NCBI RefSeq assembly: GCF_037042905.1
Contig: NC_087246.1
Location: forward strand, 17,670,001 to 17,734,000
Direction of reading: 5' to 3'
DNA length: 64,000 nt
From: Lytechinus pictus
Lineage: Eukaryota
In this document: one piece after another, positions 57,001-64,000 of the stretch
How positions within the stretch are numbered: the stretch's first letter is position 1
How the letters are laid out: every line of letters starts with the position of its first letter
Made by a program: the position numbers and the translations under genes
The notes under the pieces: generated by a model
Told to the model about the DNA's origin: nothing
Seen by the model: the letters and a program-made list of their open reading frames with translations, nothing else
Databases searched by the model: none

Positions 57001-59274
57001 TTAGAGATGAATCCTCGTCATCAGTCCTATCATTGTTACATCGTTTCTCTCTTTCTGCAGTAGATAGCCGAGGAGGCCTAAATGTGGCCCCAATGGCTGT
57101 TTGGTAGAACATGATACCACTGAGACAGAGAAAGGCCCCCCTCATTCCGTATGCGTTCAAAAATTGCACAGTTATGTAAGGTAAAATGATACCTCCAACT
57201 TGACCGCCCATTTGTGTCAAAGTAAGGACCATGCCATAGTTTTCCTTGAAGTGTTCACGCAATATCACAGTTGAACTCTGACGTAGTGGTGACGAGAATA
57301 AACCTGGAAAATATCAAGTTAAGATGGTTTTTTTATAAAGTCGACCTAAATGTCGAATCATAAGGTAAAGAGACACATGAGTCCGATCTCTTATTTTAAC
57401 AATTATCTTATATTTCCCTCTTAATCCCTATTTTCCCTACTTGAAATTAATAGGGACAAACCTCCCCCTGTCGCCCCGTGGCGCCAACCCTGACGCCATG
57501 GTTAAAATGCTACGCAAGATTTCTTTGTTATATCCTAAAGATAGCTCTCGAAAGAAAGACACCTGTCAATGGTCAAGTCAGTCAGTCAACAATAATAAAA
57601 CGGCACTTGATCATTGCTCTAATGCATCAAATTCTTATGATTTTCAAGATTTTTTAGGATCCCTTATCGGATTCTCATCAGATAATTCCGGTCATTCGAA
57701 GATTTCTAAGCTTTTCTAAGCATTATGAGTCCATGCAAGGTGTCCTGACTGATAAAAAATACACAAAATCCACTTTGAATAATATTTAATAATCAGTCAG
57801 ATTTATTTATTGTAAATTCGTTTGCTCACTTCCTCCACGCACTATAAAAGAATAAGGATCTTGGGACTCAGGCACATGTGTAAAATTTCAGAATATGAGT
57901 GTCCGGCGTTTATTTCATTTATGTTAATAAATAGGAGCACTGAGTGTTTATTTACAGCATGGACCTACCATGGCTACATTATTAACACAGACAAACCCGA
58001 TTCCACACCGACAAAGGCTAAATATTACGTTATTTCCAATAACATGGCTATCAAAGTGGGTTTTATTGGTGTGACTGTGGTATAAAGGTACAATCCAAGG
58101 TACCATTCAAAGTACCATCCAAGGTGCCATCCATACCTGTAAAGAAGAATGAACATCCTAGTGACAACGCTGAGCGACTGAAGAAGGCCCCCATCAAGGA
58201 TACACCTGACAAGAAACCACCCACTGATGACACACGACGATGACCAAACTTTGTTGACAAGTAATTGCTCAGTGGACCTATGGGTGGATGAATAATAATA
58301 ATAAATGCTATTGAAGTAGAGGTGGTCGAATGCCCTTCATTTTTTAAATGCCAATTTTTCGGCTTATTTTTGTGCATGATCAAAAGATTGAATCGCATTG
58401 TAGAGCTTTACTACAGTTTGCCTGCAGTCACTACATACCATTCCCTTACTTTGATTTTATAAAACATCGAGGTGGTATATTATGATTATAAATCAGCTCT
58501 TCCATAGCCATAATATTATGCCTACTTGAATCGTCCAAATCATCTTTATCCGAAATCATGTATTTAGTTGCATGTTATTTTTTTACCTTTTTCTCTTGAT
58601 CTGGGCCAAACCGTATTTCTAGAACATGTTGCAGAGACATTCTTTGATAATAATTAGCGTGCGTCTAACATACATTCTGCTCTTTTATAGGTCACTTTGT
58701 CTTGTTTTGTTACTGTGGAGTTCGGTCTCTTTGCACTATGACTTGAAGTTGCAATCGAAGTCAAGCACAATCAAGATGCAAACTGATTTTTAACCAATCA
58801 ACAATTAGAATTTCGAACTTGTTTTATGGATCTTTCCATTTTCTCAGGTTTTTGTGATAATTTACTTTCATATATTACTTTGTTTTACTTATGGAAAAAA
58901 GATAGCATTATACCTACCTCAATTTATATTGTTTGTATAAGTTTTATTTGCAAATGTCATTGTAATTATATACAACCATTTTACTTTGTTCTTTTAAAAA
59001 TTAAATAAAACAATTTGAAATTTGAAACTTGTGTTTTAACGCAGCTCTCTCCACAACGGGTCAAAGCACTATACTTACAGGTAAGATAGAGGACGCCGAA
59101 TTGCATTGCCACTAGGAATCCTACCCTTGTGTAGTCTAACTCTAACTGGAAGACCATGGACGGAATAAGAACAGACATAGCTTTCGTCATACCGGGATAG
59201 ATCAAATGAACAACAAACTTTCCTAAAGCTACCACGTAGCGCCATTTCTCTGTCCTTTCTGTATATTTGCCCAT
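54082..59274 (-). CDS. SLC16 / monocarboxylate-transporter family MFS permease, complete, 463 aa
   Basis: Exons 59079-59274, 58137-58277, 56392-57303, 54082-54224 (1392 nt, GT-AG, all introns phase 1). About 12 hydrophobic segments with a large polar central loop. Motifs PLSNYLSTKFGHRRVSSVGG, HFKENYGMVLTLTQMGGQVGGIILP, YGMRGAFLCLSGI..GATFRP and LAGLFYELFGSF are typical of SLC16. An acceptor at 59291 implies an upstream UTR exon. Orthology within SLC16 cannot be assigned by eye. Confidence 0.9.
54892..56033 (+). mobile_element. 5'-truncated CR1/L2-group non-LTR retrotransposon (RT C-terminus, 3' UTR, (ACCAA)n tail) in SLC16 intron 3, antisense to the host
   Basis: EWMSEHKLFINYDKTVSML, then a frameshift near 54985, then ORF 54987-55640 with KYLGMIIDSKLKW, YQSIILPHFDYADTVW, LQKLQNRAGRII, LDWETLKTRRKKH and FSYRGSKIYNELP. 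It ends AATAAA(ACCAA)3 at about 56011-56032. Confidence 0.9.
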
Positions 59275-59689
59275 TTTCAAACTGGAGTTATCTGCAAGTG
59301 AGTTGAAATGAACATTACGATTACTAGATCATGTTGAATCGATATTAAGGTTTCCATTGTGGAGAACGATTCAATGTAGAGGTTTCATCGTACACCATAT
59401 CTATCTGTTGTATATATTTTCGTGATTACAAGGCAGGCCTACATGCCACAATAACTAAACCTGAGCATTTTGAATGGTGAAGATCTCCATTCTATATCAC
59501 TACAATCTGACAATCAACACGATATTTTGGGGAAACTCGATGCCATTTTGAGAGGATTCGGTGCTTAAAATTGTCGAGGTTAATGCACCCGAGGCTGTAG
59601 CATACATGGTTTAGAGGAGAGTATTGAATATGATGAATAACAGCTTTGAACCCTATTTATGATATTGACAAAGAGCCTGACAAAGAGCA

Positions 59690-60209
59690 TAGCGATGAAA
59701 ATCAAAATCGGATGTATAACAAGAAAGTAATGACATTTTCAAATTTCGCTTAATTTCACAAAACAGTTATATGCACATCCTGGTCTGTATGCAGTGTAGA
59801 CTTAATGATGATTGTCATCCACTCACTATTTCTTTTGTATTTTATTAATATGAAATATGAAATATACTAATTTCCCCCTCATTGTCATGCGAAAGAAAGT
59901 TTTATTCCTCCCTGAACATGTGAAATTATCAATTTTAAAACATTTTATGGTTTAGTCACAGGTTTGTCCCAATTGACAAATTTGTAAAAATTGAAATATT
60001 GTATATTTCAAACAATAACAGATAAAAGATATAGTAAGTGAGGGACATAGACTCTCTCATTTGCTTGTCGCTGACTTGTGCATAAAAAAATTGTAAAAAA
60101 TAAGCGAAAGTTTAAAATGTCATAACTTTTGATGAAATTTTCAGTGTTATACCTGTTGGATTTTTTCTCTATTGATTAAAATCAACATTTTCTAGGGTGG
60201 ACTTGACCT
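59690..60209. mobile_element. Partial TTAA-type (Kolobok-like) MITE
   Basis: Ends GGGTGGACTTGACCT|ttaa. The matching left-end motif ttaa|AGGGCAAGTCCAACC..AAAGTTGATT is seen at about 6966. Internal arms ATGACATTTT..AAATTTCGCTTA / TAAGCGAAAG.TTAAAATGTCAT. Confidence 0.55.
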
Positions 60210-62629
60210 TTAAATAACCACGCAAATAATGACAAACGTTAGTTTAGAGATGGGATTCTATGGTTGAAGAATAACAATAATATGTTTTGATATGCATCGA
60301 CTCTATGCTTTGTCGCTCTTAACTTACGAACAGCTTTGTGAAACACCCATCTGGGCAACTCCCCACTCCCCGATCATATTGGTAACGTCATTGGCCAACA
60401 AACATTGATACATTCATGGAAGACTGCGCATGCATTCGTATCTTTCATTTTTGCCGTCGCTCACTCCAGTCCATTCCATTCTGCTCTCCGTAAACTTTTT
60501 TGCATTGCAAGTCCCGTTTTATTGATTTTTTGTAGGCACTATTTAATCATAAGTAATTTGTAAATTTCTTTCATTCACAATTGATTGAAAGTGAATTCGT
60601 CACTGACAAGACGCTTCGTGAAATACCTTGTTTCTTAATCAAAAAAAATCTTATCCTAGGTCATCACAATGACATGTTCGCCATGTTGCTGATTGAGTCT
60701 AAATTTCTGCCTCAATTGAATGTTTAGATATCCAGCCTCAGCATGAATGTGTGCATTGGTTTTATGGTTATCTTTACTCTCATTTTAGTACTTTTTTTGA
60801 AGAAAATGTGAAGAAAGAAAATAGCATTCAATTACAAAACAAGAAGAAAATATTGAAATGGGGAGCAAACAGTCTGTTTTGTAGATAGGGTTTGGCGGAT
60901 TTTAACTCTGATTTGACAATGAAGCATTGCCCTTATTCTGTTTCACTTTTACTTCCTATATGAACCACCACGCGAGAGAGTCCACCTGTACATCCGATAC
61001 TGTGTAATCAGACGTAGAGAGCGCTCATCATGAAACACGAACCTTGTATGCCAAAAAAAGTATGCTACTACTATGATAATCTAATCAAGAAGTCTTTTTT
61101 ACCAATAAGGCCTCGGGGATTGATTGATTTGGATCGGCAAAACGGATGGGGAGTAAAAGAGAGACAGATAGAGAGAAAGGAGAGAGAGGGGGAGGGGTCA
61201 GAAAGAGAGAGAGATAGAGGGGGGGGGGTAGAGAGAGAGATGGAGGGGGTAGATAGGGGATGAATGAGGAGGGAACGAGATTGATACCTATAAAATAAAT
61301 TTTGAGATTTAAGGCAATCTTAACATTCTTAGAGCTTAGCTTTTTGCACAAGTTGGACTTTCTAAACTCTTTCCATTGAGCCTTGTTTCACGAAATGAGT
61401 CATAATTAAACTTGTCACCCCCACCCCGCAACCCCCCCCCCCAAAAAAAAATGTTACATTATCTCTCTCTGTCTCTTCTCCTATACTCTCCTCTCCCTGA
61501 CCCATCACAATCTCTAATTTGCCCCTCTCCCTTTATCTCTCTTAAATACACTCATTATTGGGAATAATCAAAATGACGTTTCTTACATTATCGGGAAAAT
61601 GCATAAGAAAATACAGCTCAAGACTGGATTTACTCGCAGGCTTTACTCAGCTCATAAATAAGTTCAAACACTATATCCTCATGCTTTATATTTTGTCTTT
61701 ATTCATTTGAAGATAATAAGCCTTTAATAACATAATTTGGTCTTTAAAATCATTACACCAGAATCAACATTTTCAATTATATACATTTTACATTTAAGGT
61801 CTATACTTCGATTCGTTGGTGCGTGTATGCTATAAACATAATACGGCCGAACGTTTCAAAGATGTCCTTTTCATTTCTAATATTAGGAATACGCAAAACA
61901 GCCAAATCTTTCTAATGGGTATATTTCATTCTTTCACGAAGGAATCACAGGTTTTAATTCCTTGGAAATAGAAATATACAAACACACGATGAACATGAAT
62001 TAAGCACTGTAGATATTAGAATATAACATTTTAATATAAAATAATAACAATAATATTTCTACCAAGATCGATCGATTCGTTGATTTGAGCATGGTGAGAT
62101 CATCGCATTTAATATAATATTCTGTGAATTGATTTTCATTTCCTATACATTTATTCTTATTTCTGTTTTGAAATATATTTAGATACATTTACACATATCC
62201 CTGGTGACGGCCTTGTGGTAGAGCCGTTGACCGCGGCAATGAGTAACATGTTCAAATCCCCCTTTTTTCCAACAGACCTGTTTTTTATGTAGAGACACCA
62301 GATAATATAAAGACATAATTAGAAATAAATGCCTTCATAAGTGATTACTTCTGATTACTTTTTTTGCCGAAAAAGGGCAGTGTGCCCAGTTCTCAAATGT
62401 TAAACCAGGTTGATATATATATATATATTTATCAAATATATGACAGATGTACCAAATTAATTAGTGAACGTTTGAAAATATAACAGACGTGAGATTGAGA
62501 TCCAATCGATCTTGATTTCGTAATCAATCCTAAGATCCCTTAGAAATGCGCACGGTATGCACTGATTGATTTTTTATTGTTAAATCTACCGTCCTTCCTC
62601 CTGCTTTCGTGAGCTCGCTCTGTATTAGG

Positions 62630-62899
62630 TATAGCTTTAGATAACAGTCCATGACGCGGAATCTTCTTTCCAATAAACGTTGCGTATTCTAATGATTATT
62701 CCGCGTCGTGAATAATCTTTCTTTTGTCATGACACGCCGCAACTAGACAGAGAACCTAGATTAGAATAGCGCCATCAAACTTGCCGCGCAGCGAAGAGTC
62801 GAAAACGGAAAATTGCTTGAGAACGGTTGTGACATAACTGGCGACGCAAGGCTAATGTAACAAAATCAGAACGTTCCGCGTCATGGATGACAAAGCTAT
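62630..62899. repeat. Inverted-repeat element in the SLC45 3' region
   Basis: TATAGCTTT...TCCATGACGCGGAA ... TTCCGCGTCATGGATGACAAAGCTATG. No clear TSD. Confidence 0.5.
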
Positions 62900-63026
62900 G
62901 AAGCTCTCAAAGGCTATTATTTAAAATCAGATAACATTGAATGCCAACAAGTCAAACATTTATTACTAATCTCAAACTCTTGGATGGAACGAGTATAGAA
63001 AGAGAAGAGATGGCTCCGGGACTCTA

Positions 63027-63308
63027 TCATAATCCAGCATACAGGACCTGGGTGGCTGCAAGAGCTCCTAGTCCACTGAGAACGGATGCTGCGACGACGA
63101 TGGCTGTCGTGCTACCGACCGCATGGACGATACTACCCATACCGAGAGAGAGGAAGAATTGAGCTACGAAGACCATACTCTGAACGAGAGAAACATCGGT
63201 GCCTAGCCCACGTATGTCTTGCTTTTTACGTGTACTGCTGCTGTCTCCTATAGCGTCCTCGTTGTCTGACTCGTCTTCGTCGAGGGTGGCGCTCCTTGTT
63301 TTATAGAA
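63027..63308 (-). CDS. Last coding exon of an SLC45-family (H+/sugar symporter, SLC45A1/A4-like) transporter; the rest of the gene lies beyond the right edge
   Basis: Acceptor tttgattccggcag at 63309. Phase-0 frame FYKTRSATLDEDESDNEDAIGDSSSTRKKQDIRGLGTDVSLVQSMVFVAQFFLSLGMGSIVHAVGSTTAIVVAASVLSGLGALAATQVLYAGL followed by tandem stops TGA TAG. RG.G.D..L.....AQ followed by two TM helices is the SLC45 C-terminal signature. Missed by the ORF track. Confidence 0.85.
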   Translation of the reverse strand, partial: FYKTRSATLDEDESDNEDAIGDSSSTRKKQDIRGLGTDVSLVQSMVFVAQFFLSLGMGSIVHAVGSTTAIVVAASVLSGLGALAATQVLYAGL

Positions 63309-64000
63309 CTGCCGGAATCAAATAAAGCAAGAAGCATGTATACAGGTTAGAAGGGAACTGTGCATTGAAGACAGAATTCAGCCATGGTTTGATGAAATTT
63401 AGTCGACCATTGCTATTATAATAAGGTTCAAAATTTTAAATGAACTAAAATCGCGACTTCTATATTCGAACAAATATTTAAATGGAGACCCATTTCTGGA
63501 TACCTGTAACCAGTGTCTAAACAAAACCAAGGAGCAGCCCAGAGGGAACCAAAAAAAAATCAATTATAGTTCATAGATTTGGCAAGCGCAAAATCCAATC
63601 GGCCAGATATTGAATGAACATAATCATGATAGATAATGTTTTCATTATTATTAACAAAATAAACGCAAATGTCGCCAAGTATTAATGAAAATACTACAAG
63701 TACACCGAGTACCATGCTCACTTCTCAGCCATTCCAAGTCGATTTTAGCCACAGATTAGGCGCTAGAAAAAACACAGTGTCACACAGATCACAGTGTGTT
63801 CACATAGTGGACAATGTGAAAATACTATTCGCACTGTTAACACGGTTAAAATGTTTTTATTCAACAGTATGAACACACTGTGGGACACTGTGTTGTTTCC
63901 AATAGGGGACCTTGTCTAAGGTTCAAGTACTGACTAAGAAAAAAAAAAGCATCATCAATAAACGTACTGTATCCGTCGAATGGTAGTTTGCTAGAAGAAT

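Overview
Eukaryotic, AT-rich, intron-rich draft-assembly window with two N-gaps (34735-34911, 37551-37903). The SINE/MITE repertoire, (CAT)n microsatellites and gene content suggest a marine invertebrate deuterostome, probably a sea urchin (inference). I assembled five protein-coding genes exon by exon using GT-AG junctions and phase continuity. (1) The 5' part of VPS18 (- strand, 9 coding exons, continuing past the left edge). (2) A complete THOC6 (+ strand, 13 coding exons, 337 aa), head-to-head with VPS18. (3) An unnamed secreted protein consisting only of a signal peptide and at least 11 Notch-type EGF repeats, one per phase-1 exon (- strand). (4) A complete, divergent SLC16/MCT-family transporter (- strand, 4 coding exons, 463 aa). 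(5) The last exon of an SLC45-family transporter (- strand). Introns and intergenic DNA hold many non-autonomous mobile elements: tRNA-derived SINEs with different 3' tails, a 5'-truncated CR1/L2-type LINE, a Helentron-associated element nested in a tandem MITE dimer, and Tc1-, Harbinger-, Kolobok-, Merlin- and P-like MITEs. The best leads are the EGF-only gene with a candidate stop-carrying exon and micro-exon, the SINE/LINE shared 3' motif, the altered TM8 of the SLC16, an array of nuclear-receptor elements, and P-like repeats/footprint. No prokaryote-type system was found. Most short ORFs in the supplied track are artefacts of microsatellites or N-gaps.
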